This document shows positions 22,660-36,831 of a stretch of 64,000 bases of DNA, in pieces; position 1 is the stretch's first letter; each line of letters starts with the position of its first letter. A model generated the notes under the pieces. That model worked only from the letters and a program-made list of their open reading frames with translations, made no database searches and was not told where the DNA came from. The stretch spans positions 854,346-918,345 of the forward strand of contig OY764335.1 of the NCBI GenBank assembly GCA_963668445.1. Reading direction: 5' to 3'. The position numbers were made by a program, and so were the translations under genes. This DNA comes from an uncultured candidatus Porisulfidus sp. GTDB lineage: Bacteria > Pseudomonadota > Gammaproteobacteria > Poriferisulfidales > Poriferisulfidaceae.

Positions 22660-23012
22660 GCAGGCGCGACTTGCGTACGCAGCGTCGGCTGCGCCGCGTC
22701 CGCACCCGGCTGAAGGATTCGGTTCGGCACCGGCTGACGGTGCACCGGACGCTGAAGCATATGTACGCACAAGTCACCAGCCCGGACGGCGCCCGAGTCG
22801 TCGCGCAGGCTTCGACGCTCAGTCCGGAGTTGCGCAAGGAACTGCAGGCGACTGGCAACTGCCAGGCAGCCGAGCAGGTCGGACGGCTGGTTGCGGAGCG
22901 CGCCCAGAAAGCGGATGTCGAAACCGTCTGGTTTGATCGCGGACGCTTTCGTTACCACGGTCGCGTACGGGCACTGGCAGAAGCGGCGCGTGCGGCAGGC
23001 CTGAAATTCTAG
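22656..23012 (+). CDS. rplR: 50S ribosomal protein L18
   Basis: L18 homology. Start overlaps the rplF stop. Confidence 0.93.
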   Translation: MSRRDLRTQRRLRRVRTRLKDSVRHRLTVHRTLKHMYAQVTSPDGARVVAQASTLSPELRKELQATGNCQAAEQVGRLVAERAQKADVETVWFDRGRFRYHGRVRALAEAARAAGLKF

Positions 23013-23024
23013 GAGACGACAATC

Positions 23025-23555
23025 ATGGCGACGAATCTGGAAGTGCTGCAAGGCAGCGAAGACCTGGTCGAAAAAATGGTGGCGGTCAACCGTGTGGCCA
23101 AGGTGGTCAAGGGCGGCCGTCAATTCGGCTTTACGGCGCTAACCGTCGTCGGCGACCAGAACGGACGCGTGGGCATCGGCTACGGCAAGGCGCGCGAAGT
23201 GCCGCTGGCAATTCAGAAAAGCTTGGAGAAGGCGCGGCGCGCCATGATTACGGTGCCGTTGCGCAATGGCACTTTGCATTATGCGGTCACCGGCACACAT
23301 GGCGCAGCGCGGGTCTATATGCAACCGGCCGCCGAAGGCACCGGCATTATCGCCGGTGGCCCGATGCGCGCCGTGTTCGAAGTGCTGGGCGTCCATAACG
23401 TGCTGGCCAAATGCATCGGTTCGCGGAATCCGATCAATACCGTCTACGCCACGCTGAAAGGCCTGCAGTCGATCCAGTCTCCGGAAGACGTGGCCCGCAA
23501 GCTCGGCCGCCCCACTGGCGAAATCAAGGAGCGGATGCAATGGCGAAGCAATTGA
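23025..23555 (+). CDS. rpsE: 30S ribosomal protein S5
   Basis: S5 homology (..[24 protein letters not shown]..). Confidence 0.96.
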   Translation: MATNLEVLQGSEDLVEKMVAVNRVAKVVKGGRQFGFTALTVVGDQNGRVGIGYGKAREVPLAIQKSLEKARRAMITVPLRNGTLHYAVTGTHGAARVYMQPAAEGTGIIAGGPMRAVFEVLGVHNVLAKCIGSRNPINTVYATLKGLQSIQSPEDVARKLGRPTGEIKERMQWRSN

Positions 23556-23722
23556 GAGTCACGCTGGTCAAGAGCCTGATCGGCTGCTTGCCGAATCATC
23601 GTGCCAGCGCACGCGGGCTCGGTCTGCGCCGTCTGCACCACACGGTGGAGGTCGAAGATACGCCGCAGAATCGCGGCATGGTGCGTCAGATCAGCTATTT
23701 GCTGAAAGTGGAGGAGGACTGA
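23540..23722 (+). CDS. rpmD: 50S ribosomal protein L30
   Basis: [15 protein letters not shown]... L30. ATG at 23540 overlaps the rpsE 3' end. Confidence 0.9.
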   Translation: MAKQLRVTLVKSLIGCLPNHRASARGLGLRRLHHTVEVEDTPQNRGMVRQISYLLKVEED

Positions 23723-24153
23723 TGCGTCTCAATACGCTGACGCCTGCACCCGGCAGTCGCCGTTCGCGCAAGCGCGTCGGCCGCGGCATCGGAAGCGGCT
23801 ACGGCAAGACGGCCGGCCGCGGGCATAAAGGGCAGAAGTCCCGCTCTGGCGGATACCACAAGGTCGGCTTCGAAGGCGGGCAGATGCCGTTGCAGCGGCG
23901 TTTGCCGAAATCCGGATTCCGCTCCAGGCAAAAGCCTGCGGCAGAAGTCGGAACCAAGCGGCTGGTCGCCTTGGACGGCGACTTGGTGACGCTGGAAACG
24001 CTGCAGCAGGCCCGTTTGGTGCCGAAGCAGGCCGTGCGTGCTAAAATCATTCTCAATGGTGCCTTGGACCGGGCCTTTACCGTGCAGGGGGTGGCCGTCA
24101 CACGTGGCGCCCGAGCGGCCATCGAAAAGGCGCAGGGCACGATTCAGGAGTAA
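23722..24153 (+). CDS. rplO: 50S ribosomal protein L15
   Basis: [26 protein letters not shown]... L15. Confidence 0.95.
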   Translation: MRLNTLTPAPGSRRSRKRVGRGIGSGYGKTAGRGHKGQKSRSGGYHKVGFEGGQMPLQRRLPKSGFRSRQKPAAEVGTKRLVALDGDLVTLETLQQARLVPKQAVRAKIILNGALDRAFTVQGVAVTRGARAAIEKAQGTIQE

Positions 24154-24156
24154 TCC

Positions 24157-25470
24157 ATGGCGCCGCCGTCCAAAGCCTCGCCGTACGCCGAACTGCGCCA
24201 GCGCATTCTGTTCGTGGTGGGCGCGCTGGTGGTCTACCGGATCGGCACCTACGTTCCGGTGCCGGGCGTGGATCCGAGTGCCTTGGCACGCTTCTTCGAA
24301 GAGCAGAGCGGCACGATCATCGACCTGTTCAACATGTTCTCCGGCGGCGCTCTGGAACGGCTCAGCATTCTGGCGTTGGGCATCATGCCATACATTTCGG
24401 CTTCCATCATCATGCAGCTGATGACGGCCGTGATTCCCAGTCTGAAGGAATTGCGCAAGGAAGGCGAGCAAGGACGGCGTCAAATCACCCAGTACACGCG
24501 TTACGGCACCCTCGCCTTGGCGACATTGCAGGCCGGCGGCGTTTCCGTGGCCCTGCAAAGCCAAGGCATCGCCATGCATGTCGGCTACGGCTTCGCTTTC
24601 ACCACGATCGTGACGCTGGTGACAGGCACGATGTTCCTGATGTGGCTGGGCGAGCAGATTACCGAACGCGGCATCGGCAACGGCATTTCCCTGATCATCT
24701 TCACGAGCATCGTGGCTGGGCTGCCGACTGCTGTAGGCGGCACGCTGGAACTGGCGAGCACCGGCGAGCTGTCGTCGGCGCTGGTCGTGTTTTTGTTCTC
24801 TCTGGTGGTGGCGATTACGGCATTCGTGGTGTTCGTCGAGCGCGGCCAGCGGCGCATCACCGTGAATTACGCGCGCCAGCAGCAGGGCCGCCACACCTCC
24901 ATGCAGTCGACGCATTTGCCGTTCAAGTTGAATATGGCAGGCGTCATTCCGCCGATCTTCGCATCCAGCATCATCCTGTTCCCAGCCACGTTCGGGCAAT
25001 GGGCCGGTTCCACCGAGGGTATGGGCTGGCTGCGCGACATCTCGTCCACGCTGGCACCCGGGCAGCCGCTGTACGTGATGTTCTATGCCATGGCCATCGT
25101 ATTCTTCTGCTTTTTCTACACCGCGCTGGTGTACGACTCCCGGGATACGGCAGACAACCTCAAGCGTTCCGGCGCGTTCATTCCCGGCATCCGGCCGGGG
25201 GAGAAGACCGCGCGTTACATCGACACGGTGATGACCCGCTTGACGGCCGTCGGGGCGCTGTACATCGTGTTCGTGTGCCTGCTGCCCGAATTCCTGATTC
25301 TGGGCTTGAATGTGCCGTTCTATTTCGGCGGCACGTCGCTGCTGATCATCGTGGTGGTGGTAATGGACTTCATTGCCCAGCTGCAAACGCACATGATGTC
25401 GCACCAGTACGAAGGCCTGCTGAAGAAGGCCGAAGCGCGTGGCGCACGTCCGCGTAGCCTATTGAGATAG
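24157..25470 (+). CDS. secY: Preprotein translocase subunit SecY
   Basis: 10-TM SecY homology along its full length. Conserved position between rplO and rpmJ. Confidence 0.96.
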   Translation: MAPPSKASPYAELRQRILFVVGALVVYRIGTYVPVPGVDPSALARFFEEQSGTIIDLFNMFSGGALERLSILALGIMPYISASIIMQLMTAVIPSLKELRKEGEQGRRQITQYTRYGTLALATLQAGGVSVALQSQGIAMHVGYGFAFTTIVTLVTGTMFLMWLGEQITERGIGNGISLIIFTSIVAGLPTAVGGTLELASTGELSSALVVFLFSLVVAITAFVVFVERGQRRITVNYARQQQGRHTSMQSTHLPFKLNMAGVIPPIFASSIILFPATFGQWAGSTEGMGWLRDISSTLAPGQPLYVMFYAMAIVFFCFFYTALVYDSRDTADNLKRSGAFIPGIRPGEKTARYIDTVMTRLTAVGALYIVFVCLLPEFLILGLNVPFYFGGTSLLIIVVVVMDFIAQLQTHMMSHQYEGLLKKAEARGARPRSLLR

Positions 25471-25481
25471 GAGGAATCCCT

Positions 25482-25595
25482 ATGAAAGTTCAAGCCTCAG
25501 TTAAGCGGATTTGCCGCAATTGCAAGATCGTGCGCCGCGGCGGCGTGGTGCGGGTGATATGCAAGGTGCCGCGCCACAAGCAGCGTCAAGGCTAA
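25482..25595 (+). CDS. rpmJ: 50S ribosomal protein L36
   Basis: Not in the ORF track (37 aa). Manual translation: [37 protein letters not shown] with the C-x2-C...C-x4-H zinc ribbon. Preceded by GAGGAA. Confidence 0.9.
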   Translation: MKVQASVKRICRNCKIVRRGGVVRVICKVPRHKQRQG

Positions 25596-25642
25596 TGGGC
25601 GGCCGATAAGGTACAATTAACACTTTTACGCGACAAGCAGCC

Positions 25643-25999
25643 ATGGCAAGAATCGCAGGCGTCAATCTGCCGGATCACAAGCACACCGTGATTGCGCTCC
25701 AGTCCATTTACGGGATTGGGCGATCGCGTGCGGTACGGATTTGCGCATCCTGCGATGTGGTGCCGAGCCAGCGGCTGGGCCAGCTGGACGAGGCGCAATT
25801 GGGCGCCTTGCGCGAGGCTGTCGGCACGTATGCCATCGAAGGCGATTTGCGTCGGGAAACGGCCATGAGCATCAAGCGCCTGATGGACTTGGGCTGCTAC
25901 CGCGGCGTTCGCCATCGGCGCGGCCTGCCGCTGCGCGGACAGCGCACTCGAACCAATGCACGCACCCGGAAAGGGCCGCGTCGACCCATCCGCAAGTAG
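25643..25999 (+). CDS. rpsM: 30S ribosomal protein S13
   Basis: [14 protein letters not shown]... S13. Confidence 0.96.
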   Translation: MARIAGVNLPDHKHTVIALQSIYGIGRSRAVRICASCDVVPSQRLGQLDEAQLGALREAVGTYAIEGDLRRETAMSIKRLMDLGCYRGVRHRRGLPLRGQRTRTNARTRKGPRRPIRK

Positions 26000-26005
26000 G
26001 ACGCC

Positions 26006-26413
26006 ATGGCTGCACCGAAATCCAAATCCAAATCGAGCGCGCGCACGCGCAAGAAGGATCGGCGCACCGTGACCGACGGCATCGCGCATATCCGCGCCTC
26101 GTTCAACAATACGCTGGTCACCATCACCGACTTGCAAGGGAATACGCTCTGCTGGGCCACCTCCGGCGGCTCCGGCTTCAAGGGCTCGCGCAAAAGCACG
26201 CCGTTCGCCGCGCAGATCGCCGCATCCCGAGTGGGCAAGGAGGCTTTGGAATTTGGCGTCCGCAACTTGGAAGTGCGCGTCCGCGGGCCGGGGCCGGGCC
26301 GTGAATCGGCCATGCGGGCACTGAATGCCACCGGCTTCCGCATCACCAACATCAAGGACATCACTCCGATTCCGCACAACGGCTGCCGCCCGCCGAAGCG
26401 GCGCCGCGTTTGA
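26006..26413 (+). CDS. rpsK: 30S ribosomal protein S11
   Basis: S11 homology (..[17 protein letters not shown]..). Confidence 0.96.
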   Translation: MAAPKSKSKSSARTRKKDRRTVTDGIAHIRASFNNTLVTITDLQGNTLCWATSGGSGFKGSRKSTPFAAQIAASRVGKEALEFGVRNLEVRVRGPGPGRESAMRALNATGFRITNIKDITPIPHNGCRPPKRRRV

Positions 26414-26422
26414 GGAAGGACT

Positions 26423-27052
26423 ATGGCACGCTATCTAGGCCCCCGGTGCAAATTGATGCGGCGCGAAGGCTCCAATCTGGAGCTCAAGTCGCCAGTGCGC
26501 GAATTGGCCAAGAAATGCAAGTTCGACGTGCCGCCCGGAAGCAAGGGCGGACGCGGCGCACGGCGCGGACGGATGACCGATTACGGCTTGCAGTTGCGTG
26601 AAAAGCAGAAACTGCGTCGCATTTACGGTGTGCTGGAGCGCCAGTTCCGCAACTACTACAAGCGCGCCGCACGGACCAAAGGCTCGACTGGTGAGAACCT
26701 GCTTCAATTGCTGGAGCTGCGTTTGGACAACGTGGTGTACCGCATGGGCTTCGGTACCACCCGCGCAGAATGCCGGCAAATCGTGTCGCATAAAGGCGTG
26801 CAGGTCAATGGAAAAGTGGCGAATATCCCGTCGTATTCGGTCAGTCCTGGCGATGTGATCGCTTTGCGCGACAGCGTCCAGCAGCAGGTGCGAGTTCAGG
26901 ATGCCATCGGCATTGCCAAGCAACAGGGGTTGCCGGAATGGGTCGATGTCAATTTCGACAAGTTCCAAGGCACCGTCAAGCAGCGGCCGACCCGCGAAGA
27001 TATCTACAAGGAAATCAACGAATCCCTGGTCGTTGAGTTCTATTCCAAGTAA
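26423..27052 (+). CDS. rpsD: 30S ribosomal protein S4
   Basis: [11 protein letters not shown]... S4. Confidence 0.96.
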   Translation: MARYLGPRCKLMRREGSNLELKSPVRELAKKCKFDVPPGSKGGRGARRGRMTDYGLQLREKQKLRRIYGVLERQFRNYYKRAARTKGSTGENLLQLLELRLDNVVYRMGFGTTRAECRQIVSHKGVQVNGKVANIPSYSVSPGDVIALRDSVQQQVRVQDAIGIAKQQGLPEWVDVNFDKFQGTVKQRPTREDIYKEINESLVVEFYSK

Positions 27053-27078
27053 GGCAGCAATCTGGGAGAGACGCCGAA

Positions 27079-28077
27079 ATGTTGAGCAGCGAACTGATGG
27101 TGCCGCGTGTGGCCGAAGCCAAGTATGTGGCCGGCCGCGAGGCGCGGGTCGTATTGGAGCCGATGGAGCGCGGATTCGGGCATACGCTCGGCAACGCGTT
27201 GCGCCGCGTGCTGCTGTCGTCTATTCCGGGCTCGGCCGTAACCGAAGTCGAAATCAAGGGAGTTAAGCATGAATACGACACCTTGGATGGCGTGCGGGAA
27301 GATGTGGTGGATATCCTGCTCAACCTGAAAGGCCTTGCGATCCGCATGCATGAGCGCGTTAAGGCGGAGCTGCGCTTGCAGAAGAAAGGCCCGGGCGATG
27401 TGCTGGCAAGCGACATCGAACTGAGCCACGACGTCGAAATCGTCAACCCGGATTTCGTAATCGCCCATCTGACCGAGTCGGGCGAATTGGACATGACGCT
27501 GAAGATCGAGAAGGGACGCGGCTACGTCCCGGTGCCGACGCGCCAGTTGGAAGACCAGTCGCATCCTATCGGCACCTTGCTTCTGGATGCCAGCTTCAGC
27601 CCGATCCGCCGCGTGGCCTACCATGTTGAGAATACCCGCGTCGAGCAGCGCACGGACTTGGACAAGCTGGTGCTGGAACTGGAGACCAACGGCACCGTCG
27701 AGCCGGAAGACATCATTCGGCAGGCCGCCGTAATCCTAAGCGAGCAGCTGTCCGTACTGGTGGGCCTCGAAGGCGGCGAAGTCGTGCGCCAGATGCCCGT
27801 CCATACGACGGAGGTCGCCCCAGTGTTTCGGCAGGTCATCGACGACTTGGATCTGAACCAGCGCGCCATCAACAGCCTCAAGCAGGAGAATATCTTCTTC
27901 ATTGGCGATTTGGTATGCAAGAGCGAAGACGAACTGATGCGGCAGACGCCCAATATCGGCATCAAGACCGTAACCGAGATCAAGCAGGCACTGGCTGAGA
28001 AGGAACTCATGCTGGGCATGCGCATCGAGAATTGGCCGCCGGCAGATCTGGCACGCGCACGGGTGCCGCTGTTCTAA
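27079..28077 (+). CDS. rpoA: DNA-directed RNA polymerase subunit alpha
   Basis: Full-length alpha subunit homology (NTD dimerisation plus CTD). Confidence 0.96.
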   Translation: MLSSELMVPRVAEAKYVAGREARVVLEPMERGFGHTLGNALRRVLLSSIPGSAVTEVEIKGVKHEYDTLDGVREDVVDILLNLKGLAIRMHERVKAELRLQKKGPGDVLASDIELSHDVEIVNPDFVIAHLTESGELDMTLKIEKGRGYVPVPTRQLEDQSHPIGTLLLDASFSPIRRVAYHVENTRVEQRTDLDKLVLELETNGTVEPEDIIRQAAVILSEQLSVLVGLEGGEVVRQMPVHTTEVAPVFRQVIDDLDLNQRAINSLKQENIFFIGDLVCKSEDELMRQTPNIGIKTVTEIKQALAEKELMLGMRIENWPPADLARARVPLF

Positions 28078-28089
28078 GGGGTAGGCGCA

Positions 28090-28509
28090 ATGCGACACCG
28101 CAAATCTGGCCGGCGCTTGAACCGCACCTCGGCGCATCGCCGTGCGATGTTCCGGAATATGGCGGTGTCGTTGCTGCAGCATGAAGAGATACGCACGACC
28201 TTGCCCAAGGCAAAGGAACTGCGCCGCTTCGTCGAGCCGTTGATTACCTTGGCGAAAGAAGATTCGGTGGCGAGGCGCCGGCGAGCCTTCTCCAAACTGC
28301 GGGATCGCAAGACCGTCGGCAAGCTGTTTGCCGATCTCGGGCCTGAATACCAGTCGCGGCCTGGAGGCTATGTGCGAATCCTCAAGCATGGCTACCGACC
28401 GGGAGACAACGCGCCGATGGCCTACGTCGCCTTGGTCGGCCGGAATCAAAGCGCTCCGGCAAATGTTCCGGCCCTGCCGGACGCCGGCGAACCGGAAGCC
28501 GCCTCGTAA
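28090..28509 (+). CDS. rplQ: 50S ribosomal protein L17
   Basis: [24 protein letters not shown]... L17. Short Pro/Ala-rich C-terminal tail. Confidence 0.95.
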   Translation: MRHRKSGRRLNRTSAHRRAMFRNMAVSLLQHEEIRTTLPKAKELRRFVEPLITLAKEDSVARRRRAFSKLRDRKTVGKLFADLGPEYQSRPGGYVRILKHGYRPGDNAPMAYVALVGRNQSAPANVPALPDAGEPEAAS

Positions 28510-28515
28510 TTGCAT

Positions 28516-28534
28516 GGCCCGCGGTTTCGGCGGG
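28516..28534. terminator. GC-rich hairpin (6-bp stem GCCCGC/GCGGGC, 7-nt loop) between the convergent rplQ and uvrA genes; possible bidirectional terminator, no clear U-tract
   Basis: Inverted repeat read directly from sequence. Lies in the 54-nt convergent intergenic gap. Confidence 0.3.
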
Positions 28535-28563
28535 CTCGAACTCCCTTCGGAATTGGCGCGACG

Positions 28564-31398
<2,835 letters not shown>

Positions 31399-31552
31399 GT
31401 GCCTGCTGCGGAGTGAAGCCCACTATCATACGGCAGATTGGAATTCGACGGGTCTCTGGGGCATGCCCGATTCTGGATGGCGGAACGGTTTCTGCTAACC
31501 TATAGGCGCTTCGATACGCCGTTTCGCACGTTTCCCGCACGAGTTCCTCCCA

Positions 31553-32752
31553 GTGGCTGGCTATTCGCTCAATGCGCTGGAGCGCACGGCTGTCGGCACG
31601 CTGGGCGGCATTTACGCCCTGCGCATGCTGGGCCTGTTCGTCATTCTTCCGGTCTTCGCCATCTATGCGGAAACCTTGGCCGGGTCGACACCGATGCTGG
31701 CGGGGGTCGCCGTCGGCATTTACGGGCTGACGTCGGCCCTGCTGCAAATTCCGATGGGGTGGCTGTCCGACCGGTTCGGGCGCCGTGTCGTGGTGTTCGT
31801 GGGACTGGCCGTATTCGTGTTCGGCAGTTTGGTGGCCGCGGATGCGACGGACATCTGGCAGATGATTCTAGGGCGCGCTCTGCAAGGTGCCGGAGCGGTT
31901 TCTGCAGCGCTGACGGCGTGGGTGGCCGATCTGAGCCGGGAGGAAGTGCGTGCCAAGGTCATGGCGCTGATCGGCATCATGATCGGCCTGACTTTCATCG
32001 CCTCCCTAATCATGGGCCCTCTGCTGGCCGGAGTGGTCGGAGTGGCGGGCATTTTCGTTCTGGTGGCTGGGCTGGGCGTCTTGGGCATGGTTTTGGCGGG
32101 CACGCTGGTTCCCACAGGTCTCGATTCCGCGTACCGGGCGACTGGTGCTCGCGGCAGCGCGAGTACGGTGTTGAAGGACACGCGATTGCTGCTGCTGAGT
32201 TTCGGGGCGGCGGCGATCCATATGGTGCTGGTGGCGAATTTCATGTCGCTGCCTCTGGCAATGCGCGATCTGGCCGGCATGCCCGTGGAGGAGCACAGCC
32301 TGTTTTATTTGATTGTGCTTACCGGTTCGGCTCTGTTCCTGTTTCCAATCTTGCGTATGACGCAGTCTCGCGTGGTTGCGGGCATGCAGTGGTCCGCCTT
32401 GGGCTTGGCCGGGTGTGAGGCCTTACTGATGCTGGTGCATCACGACCAGTTTATGCTGGGAGGCGTGCTGCTGCTGTTTTTTATCGCTTTCAATCTTCTG
32501 GAAGCGCAACTGCCAACGCAGGTGTCGCGCTTGTGTCCGGCCGATCTTAAAGGGACAGCCTTGGGGATTCTGACGACCGCGCAGTTTCTCGGGGCCTTTT
32601 TGGGCGGCGTACTGACGGGGCTGTTCATGCACTGGGGTTCGCTGGCAGGCCTGTACGCACTGCTGGCCGGAGTGATGGTTTTCTGGGCGTGGCTGATGAA
32701 TTGGCTAAAATCCGAAATGAAAGTCAAGTCGACGGCTTCTTCCATGCCTTAA
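31553..32752 (+). CDS. MFS transporter
   Basis: 12-TM major facilitator architecture with the D-R-x-G-R-R motif (LSDRFGRRVV). Divergent from uvrA and upstream of ssb, as in Pseudomonas-type synteny. GTG start is uncertain. Confidence 0.8.
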   Translation: MAGYSLNALERTAVGTLGGIYALRMLGLFVILPVFAIYAETLAGSTPMLAGVAVGIYGLTSALLQIPMGWLSDRFGRRVVVFVGLAVFVFGSLVAADATDIWQMILGRALQGAGAVSAALTAWVADLSREEVRAKVMALIGIMIGLTFIASLIMGPLLAGVVGVAGIFVLVAGLGVLGMVLAGTLVPTGLDSAYRATGARGSASTVLKDTRLLLLSFGAAAIHMVLVANFMSLPLAMRDLAGMPVEEHSLFYLIVLTGSALFLFPILRMTQSRVVAGMQWSALGLAGCEALLMLVHHDQFMLGGVLLLFFIAFNLLEAQLPTQVSRLCPADLKGTALGILTTAQFLGAFLGGVLTGLFMHWGSLAGLYALLAGVMVFWAWLMNWLKSEMKVKSTASSMP

Positions 32753-32895
32753 ATGGCATAAGGATTTTATTATAACTATTTAGGATATATACTAATTATG
32801 GAAAAACTATTTCATCGAAAAATTGCTTCGGCTGGCATGGTGCTGCAAGATGTCGTGCGGCAGGCGTACCGCGGCACGCATGCGGAGGCCGGATA

Positions 32896-33387
32896 ATGGG
32901 CCGCGGCGTCAATCGAGTCACGCTGTTGGGCAACCTAGGTTCCGACCCCGATGTGCGGCAGACTCAAAGTGGCATGAGCATCTGCACGCTTTCCATAGCC
33001 ACCAGCTACAACCGACGCGACCGGGACACGAACGAATGGGTCGAAGAGACCGATTGGCATCGGGTCGTGTTGTTCCAGAAACTGGCGGAAGTCGCCGAGC
33101 GCTACTTGCGCAAGGGTTCGCAAGTCTATATCGAAGGAAAGCTGAAGACACGGAAATGGCAGGATCAGGACGGCAACAACCGCTACAGCACGGAAGTGGT
33201 GGCCGACGAAATGCAGATGCTGGGAACGCGCGGCGGCGATTCCGGGCTGCGCTCGGACCATGGCCGCGAACCGCCTCGTGAACGTGGCGGCGAACCGGTG
33301 CTGAAACAGGCCGCGCCAACTCCGGCAAACCAGCTGGGCGGCAGCGTTGGCGACGATGACGACCTTGACGACGATATCCCGTTTTGA
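32896..33387 (+). CDS. ssb: Single-stranded DNA-binding protein (copy 1)
   Basis: OB-fold SSB N-terminal domain; acidic C-terminal tip [10 protein letters not shown]. Confidence 0.93.
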   Translation: MGRGVNRVTLLGNLGSDPDVRQTQSGMSICTLSIATSYNRRDRDTNEWVEETDWHRVVLFQKLAEVAERYLRKGSQVYIEGKLKTRKWQDQDGNNRYSTEVVADEMQMLGTRGGDSGLRSDHGREPPRERGGEPVLKQAAPTPANQLGGSVGDDDDLDDDIPF

Positions 33388-33582
33388 AGGGTGCCAGGCG
33401 CCATCAGGCGGCAGCATTTCTTGAAATAGGTTAGAATTAGTGCCAGAAGCCGCGCATAAAAAGGCGCCGCGGGCATGTATGCATATCATATTGTTGCGGC
33501 AATGCGTTGAATATAATGAAAAAACTGGCTTCATGCACCTGCTCGCAAGGAGGCGAGCGTGTGAAAGCCGGAGGTAACCCTA

Positions 33583-34080
33583 ATGTCTCGAGGAGTCAAC
33601 AAAGTCATTTTAGTCGGAAATCTGGGAGCAGACCCGGAATTGCGCCAAACCAATAGCGGATTCAGCGTGTGCAACATGCGCATCGTCACCAACGATTGGC
33701 GGCGCGACAATGCCACTCAAGAACGGGTGGAGACGTCCGAATGGCACAACATCGTGCTGTTCAAGCGTCTTGCCGAGGTGGCGGAGCGTTATTTGCGGAA
33801 AGGCTCGCAGGTCTATATCGAGGGCAAATTGCGTACGCGGAAGTGGCAGGACCGGGAAGGCAACAATCGCTACAGCACGGAAGTGATTGCGGAAGAGATG
33901 CAAATGCTAGGGCCGCGGAGCGAAGGCTCCCACGAGCATCGCCGTGAAGGCTCCCACGAGTCTCGCCGCGAAGGCAACTATGCGTCGGAATCCTCCCGCA
34001 ATGCCCAAGGCAATCGGCAGAATGCGACACAGGCCGGAGCGGATGGCAACGACGAGTTCGATGACGACATCCCGTTCTGA
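33583..34080 (+). CDS. ssb: Single-stranded DNA-binding protein (copy 2, tandem paralog)
   Basis: ~65% identical to copy 1 in the OB-fold, with a distinct linker; keeps the acidic tip DEFDDDIPF. Confidence 0.9.
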   Translation: MSRGVNKVILVGNLGADPELRQTNSGFSVCNMRIVTNDWRRDNATQERVETSEWHNIVLFKRLAEVAERYLRKGSQVYIEGKLRTRKWQDREGNNRYSTEVIAEEMQMLGPRSEGSHEHRREGSHESRREGNYASESSRNAQGNRQNATQAGADGNDEFDDDIPF

Positions 34081-34104
34081 AGCGTCGTGGCGGCGGCAGC
34101 CATA

Positions 34105-35439
34105 ATGGCCGGCAAGGTATACATCGAGACCCACGGGTGTCAGATGAACGAATACGATTCCGCACGCATGCGGGACGTATTGCAGACGCGCCTCGGCATG
34201 CAGCCGACGACCGATGAGGCCGCTGCCGACGTGCTGCTGCTCAACACATGCTCGGTGCGCGAAAAAGCACAGGAGAAGGTGTTCAGCCGCCTCGGCCGCC
34301 TCGGCCGTTACAAGCAGGCCCGTCCGGGCCTTCTGATTGGCGTGGGCGGTTGCGTGGCAAGCCAGGAGGGCGAGAACCTGCGCCGCCGAGCCCCGCAGGT
34401 GGACATCGTATTCGGGCCGCAGACCTTGCATCGCTTGCCGGACTTGATCGAACAGGCGCGGCAAGGAAGGCCGGCGGTGGATATCAGCTTCCCGGCGATT
34501 GAAAAGTTCGATTGCCTGCCGGAGCCTTCGGTGCAGGGCGCTTCGGCCTTTGTTTCCATTATGGAAGGGTGCAGCAAGTACTGCTCGTTTTGCGTGGTGC
34601 CGTACACCCGTGGAGAAGAAGTCAGCCGTCCGTTCGACGACATCATTCAGGAAACGGCGGCGCTCGCCCGCCGCGGCGTGCGCGAAGTGACGCTGTTGGG
34701 ACAGAATGTCAATGCTTGGCGGGCGCATCTGCATGACGGGCAGCCAGCCGATTTCGCCTTGCTACTGCGCTTCGTCGCAGCCATCGAGGGCATCGAACGG
34801 GTGCGCTACACCACATCGCATCCGCGTGAATTCACGGGTTCGCTGATTCAGGCGCATGCCGAGGTCGAGGAGTTGGCCGCGCACGTCCATCTGCCGGTGC
34901 AGAGCGGCTCGGATCGCGTGCTGGCCGCTATGAAGCGCGGCTATACGGTGCTGGAATACAAATCCATCATTCGGAAGCTGAAGGTGGCGCGGCCTGGCAT
35001 CTCGGTGTCGTCCGATTTCATCGTAGGCTTCCCCGGCGAAACGGAGGAGGATTTCGAAGGCACGCTCCGGTTGGCAGAGGAGGTCGGCTTCGATCAAAGC
35101 TTCAGTTTCATCTACAGCGCCAGGCCCGGCACGCCGGCCGCGGAATTGCAGGACGGCGTGCCGCTGGCAGCGAAGAAGGAGAGGTTGGCGCGTCTGCAGG
35201 CGCAATTGGAGGCGCAGGCGGCAGCAGTGGCGCAGACCCGCGTGGAAACCGTACAGCGCGTTCTCGTCGAAGGGCCGTCGCGCCGCAATCCCCGTGAGCT
35301 TGCGGGGCGTGCCGCCGACAACCGCGTAATCAATTTCGCCGGGCCGTTCGCATGGATCGGAACTTTCCGGATGGTTCGGGTCATCGCCGTCCGTGCCCAT
35401 TCGCTCCGCGGAGAACGAGAGTCGTCCGAACTGCCTTGA
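34105..35439 (+). CDS. miaB: tRNA-2-methylthio-N6-dimethylallyladenosine synthase
   Basis: Radical-SAM CxxxCxxC (CSKYCSFC), an N-terminal MTTase Cys cluster, and a TRAM domain. Start could be the GTG at 34087. Confidence 0.92.
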   Translation: MAGKVYIETHGCQMNEYDSARMRDVLQTRLGMQPTTDEAAADVLLLNTCSVREKAQEKVFSRLGRLGRYKQARPGLLIGVGGCVASQEGENLRRRAPQVDIVFGPQTLHRLPDLIEQARQGRPAVDISFPAIEKFDCLPEPSVQGASAFVSIMEGCSKYCSFCVVPYTRGEEVSRPFDDIIQETAALARRGVREVTLLGQNVNAWRAHLHDGQPADFALLLRFVAAIEGIERVRYTTSHPREFTGSLIQAHAEVEELAAHVHLPVQSGSDRVLAAMKRGYTVLEYKSIIRKLKVARPGISVSSDFIVGFPGETEEDFEGTLRLAEEVGFDQSFSFIYSARPGTPAAELQDGVPLAAKKERLARLQAQLEAQAAAVAQTRVETVQRVLVEGPSRRNPRELAGRAADNRVINFAGPFAWIGTFRMVRVIAVRAHSLRGERESSELP

Positions 35440-36401
35440 GCACGCCTGCCCGCACCTTGAAATTGTTGCTGCAACCGGCCGACAACTCGCGCTTGGCCAG
35501 CTTGTGCGGTCCGATGGGCGAGCACTTGCGCCAGTTGGAGGCGCGGTTCGGCATCGAGATCCATCACCGCGGGCACGATTTCCAGCTGGTCGGCGAGCAT
35601 ATGTCCGTGGCGACGGCGGCCGGGCTTTTGCAAGACATGTACCGGCACACGGAGCAGGGCGAGTTGTCGGCCGACAACGTCAATCGATTCCTGCTGGCCT
35701 CGCGAAATGAGGATGCGGCACCGGCTGCGCCGGATGTGGAACTGATGTTGCGCCATGCGCGCCTGCGCACCTACGGCGCCAATCAACAGCGCTATCTGGC
35801 AGCCTTGCACGACCACGACTTGGTTTTCGGGGTCGGGCCGGCAGGCACCGGCAAGACGTATTTGGCGATGGCGCGGGCTGTTCATGCTCTGGAGCAGGAG
35901 CAGGTCCGGCGCATTGTGCTGGTGCGGCCGGTCGTGGAGGCCGGCGAACGATTGGGCTTCCTGCCGGGCGATCTGGCCCAGAAGATCGATCCGTATTTGC
36001 GCCCGATGTTCGATGCGCTGGACGAATTGGCCGGGCATGAGCGGGCCGTGCGCTGGCTGGAAAGCAATGTCGTCGAAATTGCACCGCTGGCCTACATGCG
36101 CGGCCGCACGCTGAACGATGCCTTCGTCATTCTGGACGAGGCGCAGAATGCCTCGCGGGCGCAAATGAAGATGCTGCTGACGCGCTTGGGCTTCGGAGCG
36201 CGCACGGCGGTGACGGGCGATCTGACGCAGACCGATCTGCCGCCGGGCGACCGCTCGGGCTTGGAGGAGGCGCTGGAACTTCTCGAAGGCCTGCCCGGAG
36301 TCGCCTTTGTGCGTTTTCGGCGGAGCGACGTCGTACGGCATCCGCTGGTGCAGCAGGTCATCGAAGCCTATACGCGCGGACATGATGATGGTTCGGGCTG
36401 A
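35436..36401 (+). CDS. ybeZ: PhoH-like ATPase (YbeZ)
   Basis: Walker A GPAGTGKT plus PhoH family motifs. Putative TTG start overlaps the miaB stop; the exact start is uncertain. Confidence 0.85.
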   Translation: MSTPARTLKLLLQPADNSRLASLCGPMGEHLRQLEARFGIEIHHRGHDFQLVGEHMSVATAAGLLQDMYRHTEQGELSADNVNRFLLASRNEDAAPAAPDVELMLRHARLRTYGANQQRYLAALHDHDLVFGVGPAGTGKTYLAMARAVHALEQEQVRRIVLVRPVVEAGERLGFLPGDLAQKIDPYLRPMFDALDELAGHERAVRWLESNVVEIAPLAYMRGRTLNDAFVILDEAQNASRAQMKMLLTRLGFGARTAVTGDLTQTDLPPGDRSGLEEALELLEGLPGVAFVRFRRSDVVRHPLVQQVIEAYTRGHDDGSG

Positions 36402-36831
36402 AGTCCAGCACATGGCCGGCATGGACGGCATTCCGGCTGCCGAGCAGTTTCAGCGCTGGGCCGGTGCGGTCCGGCATGATGCGCCAGCGGCAACCGTGTG
36501 CATCCGGGTGGTGGATGATGCGGAAATGGCGGAGCTCAACGCCCGCTACCGCCAGCGGACCGGAGTGACCAATGTGCTGGCGTTCGAAGCGGATTCAGAG
36601 GAGCAGGCCTGCGGCAGTCTGGGCGATCTGGTGATCTGCGCTCCGGAAGTGCTTCGGGAGGCGCGGGAGTATGCCTGTGCGCCCGAGGCGCGTTTTGCGC
36701 ACATGACCGTACACGGCGTGCTGCATCTGCTGGGTTACATGCACAACGCGCCGGAGCCGGCGGCCCGCATGGAGGCGATGGAGCAGGCGGTCCTCGCCGA
36801 GTTGGGCTATCCGGACCCGTACCCGTCATGA
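36382..36831 (+). CDS. ybeY: rRNA maturation endoribonuclease YbeY
   Basis: H-x-x-x-H-x-x-x-x-x-H zinc motif (HGVLHLLGYMH). 150 aa. Overlaps the ybeZ 3' end. Confidence 0.88.
   Translation: MMMVRAEVQHMAGMDGIPAAEQFQRWAGAVRHDAPAATVCIRVVDDAEMAELNARYRQRTGVTNVLAFEADSEEQACGSLGDLVICAPEVLREAREYACAPEARFAHMTVHGVLHLLGYMHNAPEPAARMEAMEQAVLAELGYPDPYPS

Noticed and set aside
23695-25404. 569-aa antisense ORF over secY; similar antisense ORFs over aapM/aapP (8293..9414), yhdP (52189..54051), rne (54406..56469) and aspS (60795..62453)
   Set aside because: All are opposite strong homology-supported genes and have biased nonsense composition.
28090-28509. C-terminal ~20-aa Pro/Ala-rich tail on L17 as another r-protein extension
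   Set aside because: Short and within the normal length variation of L17; not comparable to the S10 and L23 extensions.
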